From a virus (lineage: Duplodnaviria > Caudoviricetes): a stretch of 64,000 nucleotides of DNA. Location of the stretch: positions 32,001 to 96,000 of the IMG/VR virus record IMGVR_UViG_3300028048_000040; one strand, given 5' to 3'. The notes under the pieces were generated by a model that saw only the letters and a list, made by a program, of their open reading frames with translations, searched no databases and was not told the DNA's origin. Of this stretch, positions 1-10,582 are shown in pieces. Positions within the stretch are counted from its first letter, which is position 1; the number at the start of each line of letters is the position of its first letter. Both the position numbers and the translations under genes were made by a program.

Positions 1-1454
1 AGTAGATAGTTGTAGTAATAGTAGTAAGTCATAATATTCTTATTATCTGGAATATTGTCATAAAGAACACCATTCTCACCAGTATTCACAATAATATGAG
101 CAGGATCTGTAGCATTAGGATCTGTATAGAATGCATCTGTTAATGGCTGAATGAATAACCAATATAGGTCTTGATGTTTACCAAAGTTATTATTAACCAT
201 ATCTACACTCATGAATAGATCTCCAAGAGTATATATATCTATCTTATTATTAGCTAGATCAAATACCATTCCCCATTCATCTGGCTGTATAGGAATAGAT
301 GGATTTAATACTGTACCAGCATCATACTCAAACTCTACATTATATATATTAGAGTGTTTCTTATATGGAACATGTTTCTTATGAGCCATATCTATCCAGA
401 ATACTTTCTGATTAGTAGTGGTATTGATAGCACTAGTTAATCCTATCTTTACTGGAACACCATTATATAACATATGACCTTGACTATCTACTTGCATTAG
501 AGCATTCTTAACTACAAATTCTAGATATATCTTTTGGTCTGTAGGAATAGGCCAAGCAAGGGTAGATATATCATTAGAATCAGGAGATCTTAAAATCATT
601 CCTAATGGATTAGTTCCATAAGCCATATTAACAGGATTAGAATGAATCAGATATGGATTTCTATGAGTTTCTATTGGAAAGTTTATAGGTGCTATATCAT
701 TTTGAGCTTCTACTTCTACAATACAGTTTTGTTCTACTGGAGGTTTAGTATATACTTCTCCAGCTTGTATAGTAGTATAAATATCCCATATAGCAGCTTT
801 CTTGTAATACCAGCATTGATACAGACTCCAATATCCTTCTGGTAGATATTCACATTTATATCTACCAAAGTTTACAGATCCAGATACTAGTTCATCTTCT
901 TGACAAGTTATACAAAAATAAAATAAATCTGGTTCTGAATTAATATCAAATTCAGTAGGTTTAAAGGAATACATTCTATTCCCTTCTACATAGATAGTTA
1001 TAGTATTAATAGTAGTATCTACACCAATACCAATAACATGATTTACCATAGGAACTCTAGACCCAAGTTTCTGTGTATTCTTGGTTATGGTAACATTAGC
1101 ATTATATTTATATCTTTCTACTGATTGAAAACTAGTAGGATGAGTCCAATCTTTTGGATCAGAATAATAATATGGATTGCAATAAAAAATAGAACCTAAA
1201 CACATATCTGCTGCTAATATACCAACAGATGGTTCTTTATGTATTCCTACATGTATAGGAAGGTGTCTCATCTTTGCATTAGACGGGTGTTGTTTAATAG
1301 TAAATTCCATATAAGCCTTAGAATATTTAGGAATAGGCTTACTGGATAGAATAGTAAATTTCTTTTTACAAGTGAACTTCTCTCCACTAACAATGGAATT
1401 AGATTGCACTGAATCTCCATCATAAGCAACAGGAAGAATTCTATTCGCACTCAA
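1..1454 (-). CDS. Tandem SPRY/B30.2-like domain virion protein, runs off the left edge (>484 aa; absent from the ORF track)
   Basis: TTG start at 1454 after AAGGAGG; frame read by hand is open to position 1. SPRY-type motifs VIGIGVDTTINTITIYVEG...GSVNFGRYKCEYLPEGY, with a second copy WGMVFDLANNKIDIY...IVNTG. Confidence 0.75.
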   Translation of the reverse strand, partial: MSANRILPVAYDGDSVQSNSIVSGEKFTCKKKFTILSSKPIPKYSKAYMEFTIKQHPSNAKMRHLPIHVGIHKEPSVGILAADMCLGSIFYCNPYYYSDPKDWTHPTSFQSVERYKYNANVTITKNTQKLGSRVPMVNHVIGIGVDTTINTITIYVEGNRMYSFKPTEFDINSEPDLFYFCITCQEDELVSGSVNFGRYKCEYLPEGYWSLYQCWYYKKAAIWDIYTTIQAGEVYTKPPVEQNCIVEVEAQNDIAPINFPIETHRNPYLIHSNPVNMAYGTNPLGMILRSPDSNDISTLAWPIPTDQKIYLEFVVKNALMQVDSQGHMLYNGVPVKIGLTSAINTTTNQKVFWIDMAHKKHVPYKKHSNIYNVEFEYDAGTVLNPSIPIQPDEWGMVFDLANNKIDIYTLGDLFMSVDMVNNNFGKHQDLYWLFIQPLTDAFYTDPNATDPAHIIVNTGENGVLYDNIPDNKNIMTYYYYYNYL

Positions 1455-1479
1455 GTTATATTCCTCCTTATAGTCATAT

Positions 1480-1491
1480 TAACCAAATGTC
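1480..1491 (-). promoter_or_regulatory. Putative late-class promoter GACA-N6-TA
   Basis: GACA-tttggt-TA just upstream of the SD of the SPRY gene; one of 17 RACW-N6-TR sites. Confidence 0.55.
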
Positions 1492-1528
1492 GTGCCACTA
1501 GGGAAATTAATCCCTAGTGACAAATTTA

Positions 1529-2176
1529 TTATTTTCTCATCATTGATAATATATCATCAATTCCATTTAGTTTCATGAATCTATATTTAGTATTTCCATA
1601 GCTATTACCGCATAATACTTCACAATCTTTAATACGTTCAGAATCAAATGTAAAGTACACTAAATAGAAATGGGTTTTATCTATATAAAGTTTATGGTAA
1701 GTAGTGCAATTGGTCATACCATTAAAACCACTTTCACCACTAGCTTTACCATGTAAAGACTCTTGTCCTCTGGTGACTGTTTCATATTCTACATCATGAG
1801 AATAAGTAGAACTAGAAGAAGCATAATTGGTGTTAGAATTATTCTTACCATATCCAGGATTGTTATAAGTGTTAGAAATAGTTTGTTTATGTTTTTCTAC
1901 ATGCTCAGAATTGAACAAAGAATCTAGTTTATAGTTATCTAAAACTACAGCTTCTTTAGTTCTAGATTGTATAATCTGAACAAGTCTTTTTCTAGCAGTA
2001 TCATTTAGAGTATAGAACTTTCTAAAGTATTGTAATTTCTTTTCATACTTATCCCCACCACTAAATGCTGCTTTAATTTGAGCCCACATTGTAGATAGAG
2101 ATTCATTTAAAGGTCTTCCTGTATCTGCTACAGCTTCTGTTAAAGTATATTGTCCATCAATTAATAAATAACCCAA
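1529..2176 (-). CDS. Hypothetical protein, possibly an internal head protein
   Basis: 215-aa ORF with SD. N-terminal LTEA/LNES resemble L-x-E prohead-protease sites (weak inference). Confidence 0.6.
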   Translation of the reverse strand: MGYLLIDGQYTLTEAVADTGRPLNESLSTMWAQIKAAFSGGDKYEKKLQYFRKFYTLNDTARKRLVQIIQSRTKEAVVLDNYKLDSLFNSEHVEKHKQTISNTYNNPGYGKNNSNTNYASSSSTYSHDVEYETVTRGQESLHGKASGESGFNGMTNCTTYHKLYIDKTHFYLVYFTFDSERIKDCEVLCGNSYGNTKYRFMKLNGIDDILSMMRK

Positions 2177-2183
2177 TCTCTCC

Positions 2184-2966
2184 TCATCCTTTCTGATCTT
2201 CTTTAATTTTATTTAAGAATTGATCTTTATCTTCTAGAGTATATTGTTCCGACACGATTCCTCTATCCATCTCATTTATTTTAGTTGAGAGTGTTTCTTG
2301 CAATTCTTGAATGTTTGGGAACTCATATGCTCCAGAAGGATCTATATAAACAGGGCTTACTTCAAGTATTCTGCATTGAGATTTATAATCATAGACTTCA
2401 GATACTTTTTCAGCCTTGATAAGTATATTTTTTAGATCTGGTTCCATATACATACCATAGAGTTCAACAAACCTTTTATACATTCCATATACTCTAGTAG
2501 TAGGAATGAATAATTGACCTCTATGAACTATAGCGTGTACAGTTTCAGATAATGGGATTAATCCAACCATTAAATTATAATGACACCACATTACTTCTTT
2601 AGCAACCATCAATTCAGATATAGGTTCTCTATTTAATAATCTCTTAGCATATACTGTAGTTACTATATCATATAACGTTAATGGACTGTGGTGAATATGA
2701 ATCTTGATAGAGTAAGTATCTATATTGTTTACGTTCTTGTAAAAGGAACATTTGTTCATATCAACATGCTCTCTTAAGAAGTCTATTAACTTCTTATAAG
2801 AACGAGAGTTTCTACATATTTTTTCAATTGACTTGAAATAAGCAGTCAATTCTTTAGGGTTGGTTAAATCATAATCTTCTATATCAAATTCAGGGAGAGA
2901 TTTAATAACAATGGATTCTTTCTTCTCTGGTAATTCTATTTCTGTATATTCTCTCATTATAATCAT
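2184..2966 (-). CDS. Jumbo-phage protein with HNH-like His motifs
   Basis: KCSF...IHIHHSP...LIPLSETVHAIVH spacing resembles a degenerate HNH fold. Confidence 0.5.
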   Translation of the reverse strand: MIIMREYTEIELPEKKESIVIKSLPEFDIEDYDLTNPKELTAYFKSIEKICRNSRSYKKLIDFLREHVDMNKCSFYKNVNNIDTYSIKIHIHHSPLTLYDIVTTVYAKRLLNREPISELMVAKEVMWCHYNLMVGLIPLSETVHAIVHRGQLFIPTTRVYGMYKRFVELYGMYMEPDLKNILIKAEKVSEVYDYKSQCRILEVSPVYIDPSGAYEFPNIQELQETLSTKINEMDRGIVSEQYTLEDKDQFLNKIKEDQKG

Positions 2967-2996
2967 CTCCTTTCTTAGGAGTTACGTTACTTTCTT

Positions 2997-3050
2997 TACT
3001 CTATTGTTCCCACTATCGGTGACAATAGGTAGTTCTAAAACATTCATATA
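2997..3050. promoter_or_regulatory. Divergent pair of late-class promoters (AACA-N6-TA on each strand)
   Basis: Minus strand AACA-atagag-TA at 2997-3008; plus strand AACA-ttcata-TA at 3039-3050. Confidence 0.55.
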
Positions 3051-3077
3051 ATAGAAAATATATAGGAGGTGGACAGT

Positions 3078-3416
3078 ATGTTTCAGAAATTTCTTGATTA
3101 TTTAGATATGCTCTTTAGAGGAATGATGTTTGAAAATGACACACTTTCTCTTACTAGAGTTATATCAGTTGGTGGTTATTTGGCATTTCTTATTGGTTCA
3201 CTATATCTCATGATCAATAATATAGCATGGGATGGATATGCTACATTTGCTGGTTATACTGGTGGTGGTGGCGCAGCACTTCAGTTAGGTAATAAACTGG
3301 TAAATAGTAAATATAATTCTGTTGTGGGAAGTTATGAGCCAAAAGAAGAAATAGAAGTAATGAAAATGAGAGAAATTAAAAGAGAAGAACAAGGAAGACC
3401 AGTAGATAGAAAATAA
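3078..3416 (+). CDS. Holin-like small membrane protein
   Basis: SLTRVISV then hydrophobic segments and a charged C-tail; ATG at 3078 follows AGGAGG. Confidence 0.5.
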   Translation: MFQKFLDYLDMLFRGMMFENDTLSLTRVISVGGYLAFLIGSLYLMINNIAWDGYATFAGYTGGGGAALQLGNKLVNSKYNSVVGSYEPKEEIEVMKMREIKREEQGRPVDRK

Positions 3417-3437
3417 ACTTAAGACTTCATATAGGGG

Positions 3438-4148
3438 ATGAAGTATATGGATTTAACATTAGAGACTTTAGGTATCACAAGTATAGAATTGATCTTGATT
3501 GTTCTTATATCAACTATAGCAGCTTTAATGCACGAATATATGATAACTATCAAAAGATTTCATGTAGATAATAAATTAGATATAATCCGTAATATAATCA
3601 TGACTGTTCTTGTTGACACTATTATTTGCATTGCTATTGATCCATTTGTTGCAATGATTTCTCATAGATTGATTCTTATTCCACCTCTTATACTAGGACT
3701 GATAGGACCACAGTTGTTGTATTATTTTTCTGGTATCAGTAGTACTGCTAAACTTATTAGGTATATCTTATCTACACTTGGAATAAAGAAATATGATGAA
3801 AAAGTTGATATAGATGATTTAGAACAACAAGTAGAAGAAAAGAAAAAGAAAGAAGAAAAAGAAGCTGAGAGATTAGAGAAAGAAAGGAAAGATCAGCTAG
3901 ATGCTGATCTTCTTTTGAAAAGAATAGATAGTTTAATATTAGCTTATGTAAATGAGAAAATCACCAAAAGTCAATTCGTTATAGAATATAGATCTATAGA
4001 TACGAGTGTAACTTGTTTTAAACAAAATGTGACTGGAAAAGATGTTCCTATACATACAGCTATGAAACTAGCTGAGATAATAAGAAACAAAGAGTTCTTA
4101 GATAAGACTTTTAACCAGATAATAAGTCAAGTATCTAGTCCGACATAA
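3438..4148 (+). CDS. Membrane protein (3 TM helices plus coiled-coil C-terminus), possible lysis accessory
   Basis: Three hydrophobic stretches followed by an E/K-rich helix; adjacent to the holin-like gene. Confidence 0.55.
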   Translation: MKYMDLTLETLGITSIELILIVLISTIAALMHEYMITIKRFHVDNKLDIIRNIIMTVLVDTIICIAIDPFVAMISHRLILIPPLILGLIGPQLLYYFSGISSTAKLIRYILSTLGIKKYDEKVDIDDLEQQVEEKKKKEEKEAERLEKERKDQLDADLLLKRIDSLILAYVNEKITKSQFVIEYRSIDTSVTCFKQNVTGKDVPIHTAMKLAEIIRNKEFLDKTFNQIISQVSSPT

Positions 4149-4194
4149 AGTTAAGGTATTTCCTAAATAATTTGAATAATAGGAGGTAAAAACA

Positions 4195-5796
4195 ATGGCT
4201 TTTCCTAATGATTTATACGTCGCCAGCACTTATTCTGGAAATCTGTATAAATATGTTGATGATGAACTAGTAAGTTCTGCAACTATTGGTCTTGGTTCTA
4301 GTGCTAAACCACAAGCTGTTTTTGTTGCTCAGGATCAAAGATCTGTATACACTGCTAATAGAGAAAATAATACTATTAGTTACATTAAAGATGGTGTTAA
4401 TGAGGGGTATGTTACTGTAGGTAAACAGCCTTATTCTATCTGTGAAGATGGTTTTGGTGCTATCTATGTAACTTGCTATGGTGATTCTACAGTATATAAG
4501 ATTGAAAAAACTGTATCTGATCCAACTACTATTACTGCAGTTATTAATGTAGATTCTGGTCCTACTGGTATCTGTTGTGATAGTGATAATACAGTATGGG
4601 TAGCTTGCGCTAACAAAGGTACTGTATGTAAGATTGTTAATAATAAAGTTGTTCTTAAGATTCCTTGCGCTGATGCTACAGTAGATAACTCTGTATGTCG
4701 TCCAATGGGTATCTGCTGTGACAGACTTGATAATATTTATGTTGCTTGCTATGGTACAAGCTCTGTTATCAAGATTAGAAAATCTGTTAAGATTCAGACT
4801 CTTACTTGCAGCAATACTCCATTTGATGTTATTACAGATTCTAATAACAATCTGTATGTATGTTCTTATCTTGCTGATACTGTTACATACTATCCACTTT
4901 CTGATATGAATAACCCAACAGTAATTCAGCTACCTGCTGGTACTGGTGCTACTGCAATGGGTATTAATAAAACAAATGAGCTTTATGTAATTGGTTCTCT
5001 TTCCAATCAGATTATCAAGATTAAGAATTCTGAGATTGTAATGACTAAAACAACTCAGACTATTACTCCTGCTGGTTTTGGTGATCCAACTGGTTGTAAA
5101 GCATATAACATTTACAACAGATCAAATGAGTCTGGTGAAGCTCTAACTCCTGCAGCATCTGCAATTCAGCTTATGGCTGCTATGAAGCTAACTTTCAGAG
5201 TAGATGAAATGACTGAAAGCACTACAGCAACCACATTTACTGTATCTAGTGATACTGTTAAACTTAATGGTTTTGATCATCTTAAACTTAATGATGTTGC
5301 TTGTAATCTGCTTGGATCTACTGGTCAAGCTCAGGCTTCTTTAGCACTTCCAATTGTAGATGATAAACTTAAATTAGTTGGGTATTTTGATGCAGGCGAA
5401 TCTGAATATGCTGAGTTTAATCCAATTGATTATAACGACGTATATAAAATTGTTGTTGGTTCTATGGATAATGATGGTGCTGGTAACTTCTCCTTCACTC
5501 CTGCAGCTGTTAAACCTGTTACTGTAGCTAATCCAAGCGATCAGATCAATACAGTTATTGTAGAAACTGTAGCTGATGGCAATCTTTGTGTACTAATTCC
5601 TAGTCGTGTAGCTGCTGCTGTTGAACAAGGTCTAGTTGTTAATGGTATGCAGATTTATAAAGATTGGGAAGTCGATCCAGCTGATCAGATTGCTATTAGT
5701 TCTGCAACTGCAGCATATCCAAATTATAAAGCATATGTAAATCCATATCCTGCTTATGCTGGTACTTCAGTTATTATGAATCGTTATAAACTTTAA
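4195..5796 (+). CDS. NHL/YVTN-like beta-propeller virion protein
   Basis: About 7 repeats of P-x-G-I-C-x-D-x3-(V/I)(Y/W)V(A/T)C-x4-V-x-K-I; GACA-N6-TA at 4142-4153. Confidence 0.75.
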   Translation: MAFPNDLYVASTYSGNLYKYVDDELVSSATIGLGSSAKPQAVFVAQDQRSVYTANRENNTISYIKDGVNEGYVTVGKQPYSICEDGFGAIYVTCYGDSTVYKIEKTVSDPTTITAVINVDSGPTGICCDSDNTVWVACANKGTVCKIVNNKVVLKIPCADATVDNSVCRPMGICCDRLDNIYVACYGTSSVIKIRKSVKIQTLTCSNTPFDVITDSNNNLYVCSYLADTVTYYPLSDMNNPTVIQLPAGTGATAMGINKTNELYVIGSLSNQIIKIKNSEIVMTKTTQTITPAGFGDPTGCKAYNIYNRSNESGEALTPAASAIQLMAAMKLTFRVDEMTESTTATTFTVSSDTVKLNGFDHLKLNDVACNLLGSTGQAQASLALPIVDDKLKLVGYFDAGESEYAEFNPIDYNDVYKIVVGSMDNDGAGNFSFTPAAVKPVTVANPSDQINTVIVETVADGNLCVLIPSRVAAAVEQGLVVNGMQIYKDWEVDPADQIAISSATAAYPNYKAYVNPYPAYAGTSVIMNRYKL

Positions 5797-5814
5797 AATA
5801 AAGAGATCATATAT

Positions 5815-5842
5815 CCAGGAAAGATCATATGATCTTTCCTGG
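5815..5842. repeat. Perfect 28-bp palindrome CCAGGAAAGATCAT-ATGATCTTTCCTGG (intergenic hairpin)
   Basis: Seen directly between two structural genes. Confidence 0.8.
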
Positions 5843-5867
5843 TTCTTTATGTTAAGAGGTGAGATTA

Positions 5868-6980
5868 ATGGCAGCAAATAAAGGGTTTAAAGTACCTATG
5901 ACAGTTGTTACACAGGATGATAGAGATAAATATCCTGTGGTGAATACTAATGATGTTGCTGGTGGTCTTCATTCAGTTGATACTATAGGTGATATGTTAT
6001 CTATACCTTATCTTAGAAGAAGATTGGGTATGAGATGTTACGTTACTAGTCTGGAGAAAGAATATAAACTTATCTCTCATACTGATGCAGATATTACTAT
6101 TATAGCTAACTGGGAAGAAGTTAAAAAAGGTGTAATGCCAGAAGAGTTAGATAGTTATACTAAGAAATCTGAATTTGATACTGTAAAGAATACAGTTGAT
6201 TCTCTTCCAGATTTAACCAAGATGGCTACACTTGGAGATTTACAAGCACTTCAAAATCAGATTCCTAATATGGATGAATATGTAAAGAAATCTGACATTT
6301 CTATTCCTGATTCTGGTAGTGGTGAAGGTGGCGGAGAATCTGGTGGTGGTGGAACTATGGTTCTACCAGATTTTACTAAATTTGCTACTAAAGATGAAGT
6401 ACAGCAAGTACAAGTTCAGATTCCTGATATGAGTCAATATGTAAAGAAATCTGATATTGGAACTCCTACAACTGGTGGCGAAGGTGAAGAACCCACTATA
6501 GAATTACCAGACTTCACTAAATTTGCTACTAAAGATGAAGTACAAGTAGTAGATAATAAAGCTACTACTAATAAGACTAATCTAGCAAACCATATTATCT
6601 ATACTCAAGAGGAATTAGATAAACTTCAATGGCAACAAAAAGAGTTTACAGTAGAAGCATCTGAAGTTCCTAAAGAGGTTACTATTGATATTAAGAATGC
6701 TCAATCTAATTATAAATATCCACCAATAGAAGTATTAAAATATGATAAACTTACTACTGCAATTACTGAAACAGTAACGCTTGCTGATTTCACAGCAAAC
6801 GAAGCTAGTAGATATGAGACTAATGATAAAGTTACATTTGATGGTAGTTTGCATATATCTCCAGATGTGACTATTAATATGAGTACTCCTACTTTATTTA
6901 GTAATGGTGTATATGTATCTATAAGTGATCCTATATCTTATGATAGAATTCAAAATGCTGCATCTATTACTATCGAGTAA
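5868..6980 (+). CDS. Tail/fiber-associated protein with shared N-terminal domain and internal duplication
   Basis: N-terminus paralogous to 12347 and 13019; repeated QIP(N/D)M..YVKKSDI...LPDFTKFATKDEVQ. Confidence 0.65.
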   Translation: MAANKGFKVPMTVVTQDDRDKYPVVNTNDVAGGLHSVDTIGDMLSIPYLRRRLGMRCYVTSLEKEYKLISHTDADITIIANWEEVKKGVMPEELDSYTKKSEFDTVKNTVDSLPDLTKMATLGDLQALQNQIPNMDEYVKKSDISIPDSGSGEGGGESGGGGTMVLPDFTKFATKDEVQQVQVQIPDMSQYVKKSDIGTPTTGGEGEEPTIELPDFTKFATKDEVQVVDNKATTNKTNLANHIIYTQEELDKLQWQQKEFTVEASEVPKEVTIDIKNAQSNYKYPPIEVLKYDKLTTAITETVTLADFTANEASRYETNDKVTFDGSLHISPDVTINMSTPTLFSNGVYVSISDPISYDRIQNAASITIE

Positions 6981-6992
6981 GAGGTGATATAG

Positions 6993-8840
6993 ATGGCAGG
7001 ATATGTTGTTGATTCAAATACTATAGCATTCTATAAATTTAGTGATAAAACAGACCCTACACGTAATTCAATTATAGGAAATCAGAATTCGCTGTCACTT
7101 AATAATGATTTGTGGAAATATGGTGATGAGCATTATTCACACAATACTTTATCATATACAGCAGGATCTGTAATTTCTTCTGATAAATACTTTAGTAAAA
7201 AATCGTCACTAACTATTAGATATAATGAAGAAGAAAAAATTCATTCAGCCAATTTGTTTAAAATGGATGATTTAAAATTTGATACGTATATTGGAAAAAG
7301 TTATAATAATAATTATGTAATACAATCAATGACTAAGAATGAATGGACATTAGATTTTTGGTTATATCCAAATTTTATAAGAAATGGAGAAGATTCTATA
7401 AAATTTAGTTCATTTTTATATATATATACAAAGTCTGGATATTCCGAACATGTTAAATTTATGAACGGTTATGCTAGTTCTTTACATACCTTAGGAGTAG
7501 AAAAGTTTGTTTTTGATATAAGGCAAATGAGAATATTTTATTCAGAAAATGATAATTTACCGTATAATCATTATATCTCTACGGCAATAAAAACAAATTA
7601 CTATTTGTATGTTGATATGCTTATTGCTGTAGATTATGGAGCTAGTAGTATGGGTGGTACAACCATGAATAGAGGTATTTTGATACCTTTAAATATACAC
7701 ACAAATTCATGGAATCATATATCAATTATAAGATCAATCGAAAAAGGACCATTAATATCAATAAATGGGCTAATAACTCCGATAATAAAAGATTACAATA
7801 AATCTATCTCAGAAAATGTTATATGTTATTCTACAGGAACTATAATACACATTGGTTCTTTGACAGGGTACATAAATAAGACAAATTTATTAACTACAAG
7901 AGACATAAATAAAGAATATAATATTAATCTAACCAAATCTGGATACACTGAAACTTATTTTTATCCAAATGATCCATATGACACAATACAACTTATACCA
8001 GCTAATGAAGTACAGAAATTTACATGTGATTCATATATTGACAATTTGCGTTTTTCGCAAGCTGCTTTATGGACATCAAACTTCACTCCTCCAGGATTAA
8101 TAGGAAGACAATTTTTTATATATGATGGGTATGCATATTACAATAATGAAAATAATGAGATTGTAAAACTTTCATTTGCTAAATGGGAAGATATATCAGA
8201 AACTGATAAACTAATTTTATTAGAAAAAGTGTCGTATAATAATTTTCCATCTGCAGAACAAATCAAACTTATTCAAACAGACCCATCTAAAGATATTATT
8301 TGTTTAAATTATCAAACTGATACTGTTAGACCAAAATTGACAATAGAAAAGATAGACCAGTCTAGATCAGAAATAGTATATCCAACTAAATTCTTAGATT
8401 ATGGAGCAATACAAGATTATATAAAAAATATCAAAGCAACCGGATCTACTAATGCCACTTCTAATATACGTTTAGCTATTACTAGAGATGGAGAAACTTA
8501 TTATACTTATAATGCCACTAATGTTGCTTGGGTTCCATTAGATAATAGATCTGATGTTCGTACTAGTGGAATATTATTAGATTCGCTAGATGATATTCCA
8601 GCATCATCTTGGAAACAATTTGGATTAGATAAGTTTGCCTTCTCTATATCTCTATCTAAGATGAATGAGGATGATCCTTGTCAAATTAACGATATAACTT
8701 TGAGTATATCATTAGATGAGAAATGGGTTAAAGCAAACAAATCTACTCAAGTTAAATATAAATATATAGGTCCTACTCTTCTAAAGATAAATCTATTAGA
8801 AGAGGGTAAGTATAAAATAAACTATAATGATAGGGGGTGA
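6993..8840 (+). CDS. LamG/concanavalin-like receptor-binding protein, paralog 1
   Basis: WTLDFW...WNHI...YIDNLRFS...NFTPP; C-terminus GKYKINYND shared with the next two genes. Confidence 0.65.
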   Translation: MAGYVVDSNTIAFYKFSDKTDPTRNSIIGNQNSLSLNNDLWKYGDEHYSHNTLSYTAGSVISSDKYFSKKSSLTIRYNEEEKIHSANLFKMDDLKFDTYIGKSYNNNYVIQSMTKNEWTLDFWLYPNFIRNGEDSIKFSSFLYIYTKSGYSEHVKFMNGYASSLHTLGVEKFVFDIRQMRIFYSENDNLPYNHYISTAIKTNYYLYVDMLIAVDYGASSMGGTTMNRGILIPLNIHTNSWNHISIIRSIEKGPLISINGLITPIIKDYNKSISENVICYSTGTIIHIGSLTGYINKTNLLTTRDINKEYNINLTKSGYTETYFYPNDPYDTIQLIPANEVQKFTCDSYIDNLRFSQAALWTSNFTPPGLIGRQFFIYDGYAYYNNENNEIVKLSFAKWEDISETDKLILLEKVSYNNFPSAEQIKLIQTDPSKDIICLNYQTDTVRPKLTIEKIDQSRSEIVYPTKFLDYGAIQDYIKNIKATGSTNATSNIRLAITRDGETYYTYNATNVAWVPLDNRSDVRTSGILLDSLDDIPASSWKQFGLDKFAFSISLSKMNEDDPCQINDITLSISLDEKWVKANKSTQVKYKYIGPTLLKINLLEEGKYKINYNDRG

Positions 8841-10581
8841 AGATGTGGATTATGAAATGAATGGAATAACAAAACCTTATCAAATTTATAAATATGATGA
8901 AAATAAAAATCCAATAAATAAAAATGGATTTCAAACAGATGTAGTACATTTATCAGATATTTCAATAAGTCAAAATGATGCTAAAATTGGAACTGGTTGT
9001 CTTGAGATAAAACCAAATAAATGCATATATTCCTTAGACACATGCTTTTCTGAAGAAGACTATGATGATAGTTTCCATAATATATATTATATATCAAATA
9101 AAGAGTTTACTATAGATTTTTGGTTTAGATTTGATAAATCTTATGATACACTAGAACCATCTACTGATTTAGAAGAATATGATGAATATAGTGTAAATTG
9201 TACCAATCCATATTTATTCATATATGGAATATTAAAATCGAATCCTAATGAGCTACAAGATAAACTATTAGAGGTGTTAAAACAAGATCAAAATCAATAT
9301 TACTATGTTCCCGTAGAGACTGCTGTAGGATATAATGCCAATACAGAGAAATTATATGTAGAACAAGTGTATGTAGAAGTTAAACAAAAGCAAGAAGGAG
9401 CAATATATCCAGAAGACACTAAATTCTTTGCCATTGGTAATGGTGAGTATTATTTAAGCTATGTAAATGATGAAATCAATAATATAGTTAATGGAAAAAG
9501 AATATTTGAAATTCCTATATCTGCTAATACATGGCATCACTTATCTTTATCATATAATAAATCTAAAGATGCTACTCTAAGAATAGACTTTGGTTCGGAT
9601 AAAGGAAATGGATATTCTATAGATTACAATGTAACCACATCTTATCCTCCTAATAAACAAGGTCCTATATCATTTGGTCAATATGGAAGAACTTTCTTTA
9701 GAGGACTAAATCCTTGTTTCTTTATAGGAAATCAATATATTCAGAGTGAACAAGAATGGTTACATTGGAAATTATCCATAACTGGTCAAGGAAAGACTTT
9801 TGGTAACTTATATATAGATAATCTTAGAATTGTAGATGGTTATATTGATATAGTACCAGATAAAATGGTTGCTATAATAAACAATGATGCTTATGGAGTT
9901 ATTAAAGGAGTTACTACGCAATTAGCTGTAAACTGGTCTTTATTATCAGCAGATCAAATAATGCAATGTATTAAACTATTAGATCAGGATGCTTATCCAG
10001 ATTTAGATGAAATTAGAGAGTATGTTACAGACCCTACTAAATCTGTAACAATCGAGTCTTATACTGCTAATTATACTAATACTGTATTGAAACTAGTATC
10101 AGATGAAGACCATAGAGCTATAGTAGAACCTAAGAATCTATGGGATATTGGAATCTATGGTGAGATAGAACAAGTTACAGCTGATTATAATATAGAAAAT
10201 AATGGTAAAATCATGATAGCTCCTACCATAGATTTGGTTAATGGAGTATACTTTGGATATGATTTTGTTTTAAATCAATGGAAACCTATAACTGCAGAAG
10301 GAATAGCAGATGGAGGAATAAGGGTAGATCAATTAGGTGCTATTCCTACATTTGCTTGGGCTTCATTAGGAACTAATCTAGCATTTGGATACTATATAGA
10401 AGCATTAGAGCAAGGGGTAGATGTTGCTGAACTAAATGCTATAAATGCTATTTGTGAGATGGATGAGGCACAAGAAGAAGTAGAAGTAGACTACGCTTAT
10501 CTAAATCCAAGCAAACTGCTTATCAAATTCCCAATAGATGGAAAGTTTAAAGTAAATTACTTTGATAAGGAGGGAATATGA
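8827..10581 (+). CDS. LamG-like receptor-binding protein, paralog 2 (start likely GTG 8845)
   Basis: FTIDFW...WHHL...YIDNLRI; C-terminus GKFKVNYFD. Confidence 0.65.
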   Translation: MIGGEDVDYEMNGITKPYQIYKYDENKNPINKNGFQTDVVHLSDISISQNDAKIGTGCLEIKPNKCIYSLDTCFSEEDYDDSFHNIYYISNKEFTIDFWFRFDKSYDTLEPSTDLEEYDEYSVNCTNPYLFIYGILKSNPNELQDKLLEVLKQDQNQYYYVPVETAVGYNANTEKLYVEQVYVEVKQKQEGAIYPEDTKFFAIGNGEYYLSYVNDEINNIVNGKRIFEIPISANTWHHLSLSYNKSKDATLRIDFGSDKGNGYSIDYNVTTSYPPNKQGPISFGQYGRTFFRGLNPCFFIGNQYIQSEQEWLHWKLSITGQGKTFGNLYIDNLRIVDGYIDIVPDKMVAIINNDAYGVIKGVTTQLAVNWSLLSADQIMQCIKLLDQDAYPDLDEIREYVTDPTKSVTIESYTANYTNTVLKLVSDEDHRAIVEPKNLWDIGIYGEIEQVTADYNIENNGKIMIAPTIDLVNGVYFGYDFVLNQWKPITAEGIADGGIRVDQLGAIPTFAWASLGTNLAFGYYIEALEQGVDVAELNAINAICEMDEAQEEVEVDYAYLNPSKLLIKFPIDGKFKVNYFDKEGI

Positions 10582-10582
10582 T

